Shown here: positions 28,397 through 48,248 of the stretch, in pieces
How the letters are laid out: every line of letters begins with the position of its first letter
Numbering within the stretch: position 1 is the stretch's first letter
Assembly (NCBI RefSeq): GCF_009914755.1
Contig: NC_060930.1
Direction: 5' to 3' (one strand)
DNA from: the human T2T-CHM13v2.0 reference genome, Homo sapiens
Length of the DNA stretch: 64,000 bases
The notes under the pieces: generated by a model
The model's input: only the letters and a program-made list of their open reading frames with translations
Database searches by the model: none
Told to the model about the DNA's origin: nothing
Program-made: the position numbers and the translations under genes

Positions 28397-28965
28397 GATC
28401 TAGAACTAGAAATACCATTTGACCCAGCCATCCCATTACTGGGTATATACCCAAAGGACTATAAATCATGCTGCTATAAAGACACATGCACACGTATGTT
28501 TATTGCGGCTCTATTCACAATAGCAAAGACTTGGAACCAACCCAAATGTCCCACAATGATAGACTGGATTAAGAAAATGTGGCACATATGCACCATGGAA
28601 TACTATGCAGCCATAAAAAATGATGAGTTCATGTCCTTTGTAGGGACATGAATGAAATTGGAAATCATCATTCTCAGTAAACTATCGCAAGAACAAAAAA
28701 CCAAACACCGCATATTCTCACTCATAGGTAGGAACTGAACAATGAGAACACATGGACACAGGAAGGGGAACATCACACTCTGGGGACTGTTGTGGGGTGG
28801 GGGAAGTGGGGAGGGATAGCATTAGGAGATATACCTAAAGCTAAATGATGAGTTAATGGGTGCAGCACACCAGCATGGCACATGTATACATATGTAACCA
28901 ACCTGTACATTGTGCACATGTACCCTAAAACTTAAAGTATAATAATAATACAATAAAATTTAAAA
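28397..28965 (+). mobile_element. 5'-truncated young L1 (L1PA2/PA3-like) 3' end, inserted in a MIR
   Basis: gaaattggaaatcatcattctcagtaaactatcgcaagaac, ggagatatacc; TSD atttagtaataca (28384-28396 / 28966-28978); MIR continues to ~29165. Confidence 0.93.
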
Positions 28966-29853
28966 ATTTAGTAATACAATGTATTAAGCATGTTACATAA
29001 ATTATCTCTTTAATTACCAAAAAAACCCACATATGAGATATTTTCTAGTATCCCTGCTTTACAGATAAGGAAAATGAGGTTCACATTGCTAGGGTCACAC
29101 AGTGGCAGAGCCAGGATTTGAATTCTGATACGTGTGCATCTAAACACTATGTAATACTACCTTGAAGAGTTCCAACATAGTGCATGGGGCTATCTCTGGG
29201 AAAGTTTTGTTCTAAAAAAAGGAAGAGAATTTACTACAGTTGTGGAGAATATCCTAGGTGAGTGGAAGTAACATTTTGGATAACTGGTTCCATATTTATT
29301 TTCGTTCCATATTTTGTTCCATTCTCATATTTGTGTTTCCCATAAGAGTGAAACCTAAGCAATCACCTGTTCATATGAGTAATGGCAGAGTGCCTGCCAT
29401 CATTGTGCTTCCTGCTTATATGTTGTGGCTTAATGCCTGACAGAATGCTGGTTGGTGATTCTTTTGGTCCCTATGCTAGGAGGGAAAGGTAATTGCTTTG
29501 CTTTGAGGGTCAGGGTAGCACTTCTTTGTACCTATGCCAAAATCTGAAGGTGTAATTCACTCTTTTTCAACCCTTCCATTCAAGATGTGGAATTTGCACC
29601 TTGCTACACAATTTTGTGGTGGTCTTTGTAGAGGATCAGTTTCTACACATGAATCAATGTTTATACTCATGCAAATATATGCCTCAGCTATAAAGCCCTG
29701 AATATAAGTTACAATCAAGCCTTAACTAGATCTTTAGATGCTTAACGCCACCAGCAAAGATTGTAAGACCAGCCTGACACAAATGCAAATTGGGCAATGT
29801 TGGTTTCCACCATCATCAGCAGTACCGTTTGCACTGAGTACAGCTGGGTGCCT

Positions 29854-32470
<2,617 letters not shown>

Positions 32471-32903
32471 CATTTATGCTTTTTTTCCTCTTTATTCCAT
32501 GCTCTTTCTCCTTTCTAAACTCCTCTTTCAGAAAATAGGACTTGCAAGAATTACTTCACACTCTTACCTTCTATAGCCAGTGGTTGGGTGTAGAAAAAAT
32601 ATCAGTAGTAGTGTGATTATCAGGATATAAGTCCTGATTCAATGAAAGATGATAGCCTTTCCAATTTGAATATTCTCCATTCATTTCCAAGTCTATTTCT
32701 CTCCATTTATGTAATCATCTATATCCTCCTAATGTAATCCCTCAAAAGTTATGGGACTCTTAATATTGCCATAGGTTCCCTCAGAGGGCTCACTCAATGA
32801 TATGCAGAGGATATAATCTCCACTAATCTTACTGAGGTTAGGGACCATGACTTACATCTAATCTATAATGCACAGATGGTTTACAATATGTGTTCAATAA
32901 TAT

Positions 32904-33385
32904 TGCATTAGCTTTCTATTGCTGCTATAACAAATTACCAGTTAATTAGTGGTTTAAGCAATGCAAATTTGTTTCATAATTCTGGAACCAAAAGTCCACA
33001 ATGAGTCTTACTGGGCTAAAATCAAGGTATCCACAGGGCTAGTTCCTTCTTGAGGCTCTAGGGGAGAATCTGTTTCCTTGCCTTTTTCTGAATTCTTTGA
33101 CCTGTGGCCTCTTCAGTCTTCAAAGCCACTAGTATAGCATCTTCGAATTTTTCTCTGATTTTGACTCTCTTGCCTCCCCAGCTCTTTTGCTTATAAGGAT
33201 CCTGAGGATTCCACTGGGACACTTGGATAATCCAGGATAATCTCCCCTTCTCAATGTCAGCTGATTAGCAAACCTAATTCCATCTACAGTTGTAATTCCC
33301 CATTGCTATACAACATGACATAGTCACAGTTTCTGGGGGATTGGGGTATGGACATCTTTGAGGAGCCATTGCTCTTATTACCACA
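32904..33385 (-). mobile_element. MLT1C-like MaLR solo LTR
   Basis: tgcattagctttctattgctgctataacaaattacca...ggataatccaggataatctcccc...ccaca; 5-bp TSD aatat/aatac. Confidence 0.88.
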
Positions 33386-33916
33386 AATACTAATCAATTA
33401 AGTAAAAATTAGAAGGGTTAAAGTAAAATGAAAATAGATTCTCACAATTTCATCTTTTAATTCTACAAAAATTCCTTGGAAACTCTAAGAGAAAGAAAAT
33501 ACTAGGTCTGATCCAATTGGATATTCTGATCATATTTATGTTTATATCATTTTGAGACTTTCTTCACAAACACCTTAGTGTGAGATTTCCTGCTATTGTA
33601 ACCAGTCATCTGGTTTCCTTTATGATGAATTTGAAGGTTTTGTGCTTCAGTCTTTTCTTAAACATTTTTGTTTATTTATTTGTTTGAAGATGTTTGATTT
33701 CTGTGATGCAGTCAGGCCTCAGTTGGGGTGTGTCATCCTTGAGTGAAATTTGTCTGGATGCAAAAAATGATGCCAGAAACATTAAAAGGTTTTCAGTACA
33801 TTTAGAACACATAAAGTTTTAGGTACCTTTAATAATTAAGCCTTATTGATGTGGGATTCCACAAACTCTCAGTGTTACTGTTTGTGTATTGTTTGAGTTT
33901 GCTGTGAAAGAAACAC

Positions 33917-33964
33917 AGAGGGAGGGAGGGAGGAAGAGAGGGAGGGAGGAAGGAAGGAAGGAAA
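33917..33964 (+). repeat. Homopurine (GGGA/GGAA)n tract
   Basis: agagggagggagggaggaagagagggagggaggaaggaaggaaggaaa. Confidence 0.9.
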
Positions 33965-34806
33965 TAAATAAATTAGTGATAATAACCAATATGGTCTATT
34001 ACTCTGTTTTGCTTTAACACATGATATCACATCAGAATCCTTCAGCTGACTGATGACTACCCCATGTACAATGCAAAATGGTCAAACTTTAATGACTTTT
34101 AGAATAAAGATGCATAGGAATGCCTAGTTCTTGTTTTTAATTCAGGTTTTAGTTTAGTTCTTTTGTTGTTAATTTCTCTCACTTAAGAACCTGCTGAGCA
34201 GATTCGTTGAGTAAGAAGTAGAATAAAATCATACTTAACTTGCCTCAAAATTAAATGAAGCTTACTCTAGTTAGTTGAAGCCCACTCCAGCTTAAAACTT
34301 CAATAATATTTAAATTATATAAAGGTGAAAGAAAATACTCTGAGTCAGTAAAGTTCACGGCACATGCAAGGGTGTGTTTGCAGTGAGAACTTTGACAATG
34401 AGGAGTGGCTTTCATCTGTCAGTATGTAAGGATGTGGATGACATCCTGGAATTGGTATACTAAGAGTGGGGCTGATGGCAGCACTTATGAGTGGGAGGCT
34501 TGTTGTTATTTTAGCAGATTGTTAAACACATGGAAACATGATCTTTTGAGGCCTTTTAGGAAATAAATGGCTAAAGGATGACATTTCACCGTGTCTTCCC
34601 CATTTTCTGTGTTAAAATGTACCATCATGTGTTTTCCACCTCTAAACACCTTTGTAAATTTAGCTCCATAAATTTTAAAAAATCCATAAAATATTCTTTT
34701 TATTCCACCAATGGATTTAACTTAATAAGAAAATAAAGAGTTCCTACAAAGCAAAAACATTGACATGTCTCCTGACCTTACCATAATTGTTTGCTTTGTT
34801 TTGGGA

Positions 34807-35018
34807 CAGTAGTTCTTAACTTTGGGTCTTTGGTTAGTTGGGTGGTCCACAGAAAGACATCAAGTTGTCAGGAAACCCTCTATGAGCATGGGACAAAATT
34901 GTGAATATGATTGCATCTGTCTTTTTCTGGAATAAGGGGCCATAGCTTTTACCAGATTCTCAAAAGACCCTCTGTCTAATAAATATATATCAAATAAAAT
35001 AGAATGGTTAAGAACTAG
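34807..35018. mobile_element. MER103C-like hAT MITE
   Basis: cagtagttcttaac...ccatagcttttaccagattctcaaaag...ggttaagaactag (TIR pair). Confidence 0.7.
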
Positions 35019-36461
35019 AGATTTAAAGCCTTGTTTTTGTTTTAACAAGATGTTGCTTACAAACCCCAGAAAAAATTGTTTTGGAATCATAATGAGCTGT
35101 TTTTTGCTATCATGCATAAACTGAGCAGGAGCTTTTTGGAAAATTAATGTGAAAATATAAAAATGTAATTGCTAAGCAAACTGTGCATTAAGCATCATTT
35201 TCAATTAATTTTAGCTAAGAATTGGGTTATTAATTTTAATATCTTGCAATCACATTTATAATTAATTAAAGTTAATCTCTTTAAAACTCACTTTAGAGAC
35301 TCTGTAAACTACAGTGTATTCTTATTTTTTAAGGAATTTCTCTTCTTTAAAAAACATAAAATACCATATCAGCTAGACAGGCTTTCATAATACCAGGAAT
35401 AAACACCTCTTTTTCTTTAATTATAACTAAAACAGTGAGACTCCATTATTAAAATAAAAGATTAGAAAGAAAATTGTTTAACCCAACACTTCATTGTGTG
35501 GTAAATTTTATATGTAACTCATTATTTAATTGATTTTAACTGTTCTTGACCTAAGTAGCTTTCCTGAAAGGTGGCAATAAGAAATATTATTCAAATCTGA
35601 TAAAATTCTCAAAGGCTTTATCTACAGAGTGTTAAAGGAAAGGAAGTGCTGCTGATCATGACTTAGTAAGCAATGTAGATGGTGAACCTAGGACATTTTG
35701 ACCATGGTGGGGCCTTGATTCAACTATACAAGGAACAAGACTTTTCTAAAATGAGTTAAGTAAGTCATTTTAGGAAATTTCTGAAAGTAGACAACTTTTT
35801 GGAAGTTTAGAGTGAAATTTAATCACTTCTAGAATTACTGATTTCTGTGTACTTTTAGTTTTTTGTCTAATTTTATATTAAATCTAGTATGAAGGGCAAT
35901 TTCAGGTCTGCATTATCAATAAACACAGAATCTTTTTCAAATAATCTTTTTAACTTACTATAAAAAGGATTTCATTTCACTGAAAGCTCGGACATTCTCC
36001 CTGAGGTCCCCTGAGTCAACTCCAAGTCTCCACAAATCGGGATCATAAGTGAGCTACCTATATCAAAAGTCATGACCAAGACAATGAAAAGGATGCTTTC
36101 TAGTCACATAGGGCTTTGACACACACTTCATTGCCAGTACAAAAATAACATACTGATGCATGGGTGAGAAATATTTAAATAATAAAAGGCATATCTCTGC
36201 AGTATTGTAAGAAAGCTATATGTGTCCTATAGGCTCAATTTTCTGTTATTTTCCTGATTCAAAGATTGTCCACATATTCCTTTCGTGGAAGTCAGACTAT
36301 GAGAGCTGGTTCACTGTGGGGAGAGCTCAGTCCTAGGGCAAAGGGTATGCATGGGCTGGGTGAGTTAGGGGCTGGGTGTACTAAGAAGTAGCCTAGAAGT
36401 GGATGAAAATGGCAGGAGAAAAGGTATCAGTGCTAGAAGAAATTATTGACAATGAGTCATG

Positions 36462-36766
<305 letters not shown>

Positions 36767-37166
36767 TCAAGGACACCCCTTTTACCTCAATAACCCCCAT
36801 AAGAGAGTGGCCCACTGGGCACACAAGGCAGCAAGTAACCTTCAGGGACAAAAGCTTTTCTGGCTTTTGTTTTCCTTGTCTTATTACCAACTTATTTATT
36901 TTATTATAGAGTAACAAACGTTCACTGCAGAAAATTTGGTAATACATAAAAAAGAAAATTCTCCTCTAACTCCAACTAGTAAGAACAGCTGCTAACATTT
37001 TGTTATTTGTCCTCCCAGTGTTTTTCCTACATGTATGTCTCTCGCTATCTGTATGTTTGCCCATTGGCAAAATCCTGGAATCTATTTTTTAATCCACATT
37101 TATTCTCTTAATATATTCTGCTTAAACATTCTTCTGGAGATACTTGTTTCTGACCTTCCCTGGCTT

Positions 37167-37467
37167 CTTTTTTTACGGGGGACAGAGTCTCGCTCTGTCG
37201 CCCAGGCTGGAGTGCAGCGATGTGATTTCGGCTCACTGCAACCTCCGCCTCCCAGGTTAAATTCATTCTCCTGCCTCAGCCTCCTGAGCAGCTGGGATTT
37301 CAGGCAAACACCATCAGGCCTGGCTAATTTTTGTATTTTTAATAAAGATGGGGATTCGCCATGTTGGCCAGGCTGGTCTTGAAGTCCTGGCCTCAAGTGA
37401 CCTACCCATCTCAGCCTCTCAAAGTGCTGAGTGCTGAGATTACTGGCGTGAGCCATGGAGCCCAGCC
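37167..37467 (-). mobile_element. AluS, full length
   Basis: gacagagtctcgctctgtcgcccaggctgg...cccagcc; TSD ttccctggctt (37156-37166 / 37469-37479). Confidence 0.96.
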
Positions 37468-37595
37468 ATTCCCTGGCTTGTAACAGGGAATCCTTTGCTG
37501 CAGATGCCACTCACCCCAATATATGCATATTTTCCAGAAAGAAAGAAAGAAGGAGGAGAGGGGGTAGAAGTGAAGGGAAAGGAAGCAGAAAGAAC

Positions 37596-37604
<9 letters not shown>

Positions 37605-37631
<27 letters not shown>
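37605..37631 (+). repeat. Poly(A)27
   Basis: Directly counted. Confidence 0.95.
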
Positions 37632-37637
<6 letters not shown>

Positions 37638-38896
37638 GACTGCATTCCTTTTACTTTGGCCTAAAAAAATTTCCTTTTACTGTTTCAGGACACCTGCCCC
37701 CCTATGCCCACCCCCCTCCATCTCCTCTACCAAAATGTCTGCACAACTTGTTTTTATCACAGTACACAAATGGAGGAAAAAGGGATGCTTTATGAACCAA
37801 AACTAGGCTGTGATTAAATTTCCATCAAATTCTTCCATTTATTCTGAACCTCTTAAGGTGGGGCAATAAGTAAGTGGCTCAATACTTAATATGTCTTTAA
37901 TAAATGAGTGTGGAGTTGAGCTGAATTTTCTGTTCTGGGGATCAGGGAATGGGAGTGGAGGTGGAAGAAGCCTGCGTAAGCAGGAAAGTATTAGATACTT
38001 GTGTGGAGGTGGAGGTAGAGGACAAGTGGCTCCCCTGAAGAGGGAAGGATATTAGAAAAAGAAGCCTAGGAATGAAAAAGGCAAGCCTCAGAAACTCACA
38101 ACCTCTTTTCTGCAGAAACAAGCAGCCGCCATCCACTGAGGTATTTCCTGTTAGGCAGCTGTGTAGACAACTCAGCTCCTCCTGCCTGTCAGGGTGTTCA
38201 TCACCCAGGAGTGTTTTGGATAAAACAGGAGAAGCTGTGTTAATCTAGATGGAACTGTATTTGTGTTAGGGAATACAAATCCTCCAGGCTATGACAAGGC
38301 TTAGGTAAAATTATGGATGAGATTGGTTTGGGGGACATGGGGATAAGGACTGTGTCCAAGTCTCCTGAAACACCCCCGAGAGGCAGCAGGGTTTGGAATG
38401 CCTTTGAATCCTCAGTACCTGGCATATGGCAGGCCCTTGGCACCTGTTTATTGAATGAGTAAATACAGACACTGAGCTTCTTCTAGGCCCCATAACACAG
38501 CAGGAAGGAGAGAATTTGTCAGTTGTCCTCAAGTGGTACAAAAGAAGCCTGCCTGACTTCACATATGAATGTAGGGAGCTCAAGAAGCAAAAGGCAGAGA
38601 ACAGATTCTCATAATTGGAACCAGAAAAGTCTCAGTATCTGTCATGGGTCATGTGTCATTGTGCCTGTTCCCAAATTAACTGTCAGGACATCCAGGGAAG
38701 GCAGTTCTGTTAGTTCCATGAGAAGGGTTTTGGATAAGGCTACAAGGGTAAAAAGCACACTAGGTTGTTATGACAGGCTGAATATTTTGCACTTTATCTT
38801 TTTGCAATATGCAGCCATGGAAGTTTTCAGAAAGAAAAACTTGATTAAAAATTAATATGGTTGGGAGGAGGAGCCAAGATGGCCAAACAGGAACAG

Positions 38897-39316
38897 CTAC
38901 AGTCTACAGCTCCCAGCGTGAGTGACGCAGAAGATGGGTGATTTCTGCATTTCCAACTGAGGTACTGGGTTCATCTCACTGGGGAGTGTCAGACAGTGGG
39001 TGCAGGACAGTGGGTGCAGCGCACCGAGCATGAGCTGAAGCAGGGTGAGGGATCGCCTCCCCTGGGAAGTGCAAGGGGTCAGGGAATTCCCTTTCCTAGT
39101 CAAAGAAAAGGGTGACAGATGGCACCTGGAAAATCGGGTCACTCCCACACTAATACTGCGCTTTTCCAGTGGTCTTAGCAAACGGCACACCAGGAGATTA
39201 TATCCTGTGCCTGGCTTGGAGGGTCCTATGCCCACGGAGCCTCGCTCATTGCTAGCACACCAGTCTGACATCAAACTGCAAGGTGGCAGTGAGGATGGGG
39301 GAGGGGCTCCGGCCAT
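38897..39316 (-). CDS. L1 ORF0 homologue (139 codons from MAGAPPP; open upstream to 39445)
   Basis: MAGAPPPSSLPPCSLMSDWCASNERGSVGIGPSKPG...VGVTRFSRC matches primate L1 antisense ORF0; expression unknown. Confidence 0.55.
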   Translation of the reverse strand: MAGAPPPSSLPPCSLMSDWCASNERGSVGIGPSKPGTGYNLLVCRLLRPLEKRSISVGVTRFSRCHLSPFSLTRKGNSLTPCTSQGRRSLTLLQLMLGALHPLSCTHCLTLPSEMNPVPQLEMQKSPIFCVTHAGSCRL

Positions 39317-39900
39317 TGCCCCATTGCTGAGGCTTGAGTAGGTAAACAAAGTGGCTGGGAAGCTCGAACTGGGTGGAGCCCACCACAGCCCAAGGAGGCC
39401 TGCCTGCCTCTGTAGACTCCACCTCTGGGGGCCGGGCATAGCCAAACAAAAGGCAGCAGAAACGTCTGCAGACTTAAATGTCCCTGTCTGACAGCTTTGA
39501 AGAGACTAGTGGTTCTCCCAGCACGCAGCTGGAGATCTGAGAACGGACAGACTGTCTCCTCAAGTGGGTCCCTGACCCCTGAGTAGCTTAACTGGGAGGC
39601 ACCCCCCCAGTAGGGGTGGACTGACACCTCACACGGAGGGGTACTCCTCTGAGACAAAACTTCCAGAGGAACGATCAGGCAGCAACATTTGCTGTTCACC
39701 AATATCCGCTGTTCTGCAGCCTCTGCTGCTGATACCCAGGGAAACAGCATCTGGAGTGGACCTCCAGCAAACTCCAACAGACCTGCAGCTGAGGGTCCTG
39801 ACTGTTAGAAGGAAAACTAATAAACAGAAAGGACATCCACACCAAAACCCCATCTGTACGTCACTATCATCAAAGACCAAAGGTAGATAAAACCACAAAG

Positions 39901-40914
39901 ATGGGGAAAAAACAGAGCAGAAAAACTGGAAACTCTAAAAAGCAGAGTGCCTCTCCTCCTCCAAAGGAATGCTCCTCACCAGCAACAGAACAAAACTGGA
40001 TGGAGAATGACTTTGACGAGTTGAGAGAACAAGGCTTCAGATGATCAAACTACTCCAAGCTAAAGGAGGAAGTTCAAACCCATGGCAAAGAAGGTAAAAA
40101 CCTTGAAAAAAAATTAGACAAACGGCTAACTAGAATAACAAATGCAGAGAAGTCCTTAAAGGACCTGATGGAGCTGAAAACAATGGCACGAGAACTATGT
40201 GATGAATGCACAAGCCTCAGTAGCCAATTCAATCAACTGGAAGAAAGGGTGTCAGTGATGGAAGATCAAATGAATGAAACGAAGTGAGAAGAGAAGACTA
40301 GAGAAAAAAGAATAAGAAGAAATGAACAAAGCCTCCAAGAAATATGGGACTATGTGAAAAGACCAAATCTACGTCTGATTGGTGTACCTGAAAGTGACGG
40401 GGAGAATGGAACCAAGTTGGAACACACTTTGCAGGATATTATCCAGGAGAACTTCCCCAATCTAGTAAGGCAGGCCAATATTCAAATTCAGGAAATACAG
40501 AGAATGCCACAAAGATACTCCTTGAAAATAGCAACTCCAAGACACATAATTGTCAGATTCACCAAAGTTGAAATGAAGGAAAAAATGTTAAGGGCAGCCA
40601 GAGAGAAAGCTCGGGTTACCCACAAAGGGAAGCCCATCAGACTAACAACTGATCTCTCCGCAGAAACTCTACAAGCCAGAAGAGAGTGGGGGCCAATATT
40701 CAACATTCTTAAAGAAAAGAATTTTCAACCCAGAATTTCATATCCAGCCAAACTAGGCTTCATATGTGAAGGAGAAATAAAATCCTTTACAGACAAGCAA
40801 ATGCTGAGAGATTTTGTCACCACCAGGCCTGCCTTACAAGAGCTCCTGAAGGAAGCACTAAACATGGAAAGGAACAACCGGTACCAGCCACTGCAAAAAC
40901 ATGCCAAATTGTAA
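39901..40914 (+). pseudogene. L1 ORF1p, disrupted
   Basis: ATG at 39901 (MGKKQSRK); in-frame TGA at 40042 and 40285 (likely CGA>TGA); C-terminal half open (ARREW, YPAKLG). Confidence 0.95.
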
Positions 40915-40962
40915 AGAACATCGAGGCTAGGAAGAAACTGCAGCAACCAATGAGCAAAATAA

Positions 40963-44786
<3,824 letters not shown>

Positions 44787-46626
44787 ACAATGAGAACACA
44801 TGGACACAGGAAGGGGAACATCACACACCATGGTCTGTTGTGTGTTGGGGGGAGGGGGGAGGGATAGTATTAGGAGAAATACCTAATGTTAAATGACGAG
44901 TTAATGGGTGCAGCACACCAACATGGCACATGTATGCATATGTAACAAACCTGCACATTGTGCACATGTATCCTAAAACTTAAAGTATAATAATAAATAA
45001 CATAAATTAAAAATTAATATGGTTGTTTTACATAGAAAGGGGATAAACTCGAGTCAAGGAGCTATATTAATAAATCAAGATATTAAGACTTTATGAGTAG
45101 AAGCCCATTAAAATTATTTCAGCAGTTTTTCTCATCATATATTAAAACTCAAGTATGCCTCACAACTTAAGGAGTTTTGAATTGGAACTTCTTCACTTTA
45201 CGACTTTTCTTACTATCAATAAAATATCACCCCTGCCATTAGTAACCAACAATTCTCCTGTTTATGATTGCAAATTACCTCCAATCAAAGGGACCCCAAA
45301 TACCCACCTGATCCACACATCTAAGTGCTAATGCAAAGTCAAGGATAGGGCCACTCAAGCTCATTGTGTAGCTGCACTTAGAGTGAAGATTATTGAAGAA
45401 TATGAAAATTTCACTTTCCTAGAACTTGCCCTTCCAGTGTGTCTGTGGTCTTCATGCTCACTGAGTTAGAAATTAAACATTTTGAATAGTAGACCTTAAT
45501 TTTGAAAAGAACTCACAGTTTCTATGAACAGCAAAGAAAACATATACTGCTCTGGGGAGATTTACCTATAACAGATGTGTCTACATCTACATTCTGAAAT
45601 TCTCAGAGCTCTTATATTAATGAGCTTTAGCTAAAAGGATCATTTATGATATACTGTAGAAATTTTTGGTTTTACCTAATTAATAATTGTTTAAAACCAA
45701 AATATTGGAAGGAGTTGACACATTTATTTTCCATTTCTTCATGTTTCTATCGGCAAAAAGCAAAGAGTAAATACTTCTTGTTCCTTTCTTGACTTATTTT
45801 GGGGTCTTGTGTGAAAGGTTCCTCTTGTTCACATCTATTTCCTTTTGAAATGCTATACTCACTACCAGTTAGAAAGGCCAGCACTCTGTTCTGCATCTAG
45901 TCTTTCTTTCTGTTCCAGCTTAACTGTCTGAGACAGAAGATCCAGTGATGGAGAGAGAGGCAGTAGAATGATTTGGTCCATAATAATATCTCTAATCCAG
46001 CTTTTATTTGATAGCTCTGCATTTTGGAGTTGTTTAATATGTTTGCATTACCATAAATAAAACTGATACTTTGGCCTCTACTTGGCCATCAGTTGTTTTG
46101 TGTATATGCAGTTGGTCAAACCTAGAGGGGAGGAGAAGAGCCTTCCAGGACATAAGCACCTAACACATGTGTTTTTGTTTTATTTATTTAGGTTATTAAT
46201 TTTTGTATTTTATATTTTGAAATGGGTTTCCAAAAATAAAATTCTAATTTCTATCACTGCACTTAATATAGGAAATAAAGGTACAACTTCAAATAACATG
46301 ATCTGCGATATCTTCTGACAAACCACAAATTAGGATGTCAGTTGGGATTTCTAGCCCTCTTTTTAATCCAGATTTTGTAACCCTCAAATTTACTACAAAA
46401 ATAAAATTGGTTATCCAAAATAAGCTTTGACTTCTACATCAGCCATCTCAAATACACTATTTTAGGGAGCAAAGGGACAAAGGGAAGAGTAGAAGACAAA
46501 TGAGACCAGAAGGAAAGATCAAACTAACTCCCCTAAAAATCCGAGACTCACAGAGGGATACACATCTGTGTCTGCAGGCTATAAGCCATATCTCAGACAT
46601 CAGTTCTCCTTAAAAGTATGGTATTC

Positions 46627-47603
46627 CACAGCAAAAGAAACTATCAATGGAGTAAACAGACAATCTACAGAAGAGTAGAAAATATTTGCAAACTATGCAT
46701 CTGAAAAAAAGTCTAATATCCAGCATCTATAAGGAACGTAAACAACTTTGCAAGAAAAAAACAAACAACCCCATTAAAAAGTGGGCAAAGGACATGAACA
46801 GAAACTTTTCAAAAGAAGACATACATGCAGCCAACGAGCATATGAAAACAAGCTCAACATCACTGATCATTAGAGAAATGCAAATCAAAACCACAGTGAG
46901 ATACTATCTCACACCAGTCAGAATGGCTATTATTAAAAAGTCAAAAAAATAACAGATGCTAGTGAGGTTGTAGAGAAAAAGGAATGCTCATACACTGTTG
47001 GTGGGAGTGTAAATTAGTTCAACCATTGTGGAAAGAAGTGTGGTAATTCCTTAAAGACCTAAAAACAGACCTACCATTTGACCCAGTAATCCCATTACTG
47101 AGTATATACCCAAAGTAATGTAAATTGTTCTATCATAAAGACACATTCATGCATATGTTCACTGCAGTGCTATTCACAATAGCAGACATGGAATCCACCT
47201 AAATTGCTCACCACTGGTAGACTGGATAAAGAAAATGTGGTACATATACACCATGGAATACTATGCAGCCATAAAAAAGAAAGAGATCACATCCTTTGCA
47301 GCAACATGGATGGGGCAGGAGGCCATCATCCTTAGCAAACTAATGTAGTAACAGAAAACCAAATATCACATGTTCTCACTTATAAGTGGGAGCTAAATGA
47401 TGAGAAACAACAGACACTGGGGCCTATGTGAGGGTGAAGGGTGGGGAAGGGAGAGGATTAAAAAAATAACTATTGGGCACCAGGTTTAGTACACGGGTGA
47501 CAAAATAATCTGTCAACAACCCTCTGTGACACGAATTTACCTATATAACAAACCTGCACATGTACCCGTAAACCTGAAATAAAAGTTAACAAAAATAAAT
47601 TAA
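46627..47603 (+). mobile_element. 5'-truncated older L1PA (PA13-16-like) 3' end
   Basis: ORF2 end ([13 protein letters not shown]) and 3'UTR gggtgacaaaataatctgt...aataaaagtt. Confidence 0.88.
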
Positions 47604-47919
47604 AGTAGATGTCCCTTGGCATAGCTGATGGTGCTAATTCAAATTTGAAGAGATAGCAGAGCCTCCTTTGAGACCTGCTAACCTTTTAAACCAGTGCTAA
47701 ACTAAAAAAAAAGGATATGGCATTCCAGAGCCACACTCCCCTTGGGAAATCAACTGATTATTAAAAATGCAGAAAAAGTTTATCTTTAAAGACTCTGACC
47801 TCCTCAGCAATCAGTGATGTGTAGGTTTCCCAGATAAAGTGAACTTCAGAACTTTGCATCCTACATGCCATCTGTAGCAGCACCTGTAGGGTACATTTGT
47901 TTACAATAAGGATGCAACT

Positions 47920-48248
<329 letters not shown>

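Noticed and set aside
29287-29322. cgttccatatttt resembling the U6 snRNA 3' end
   Set aside because: Only 13 nt match, inside a short local gttccatattt repeat, with no U6 body upstream
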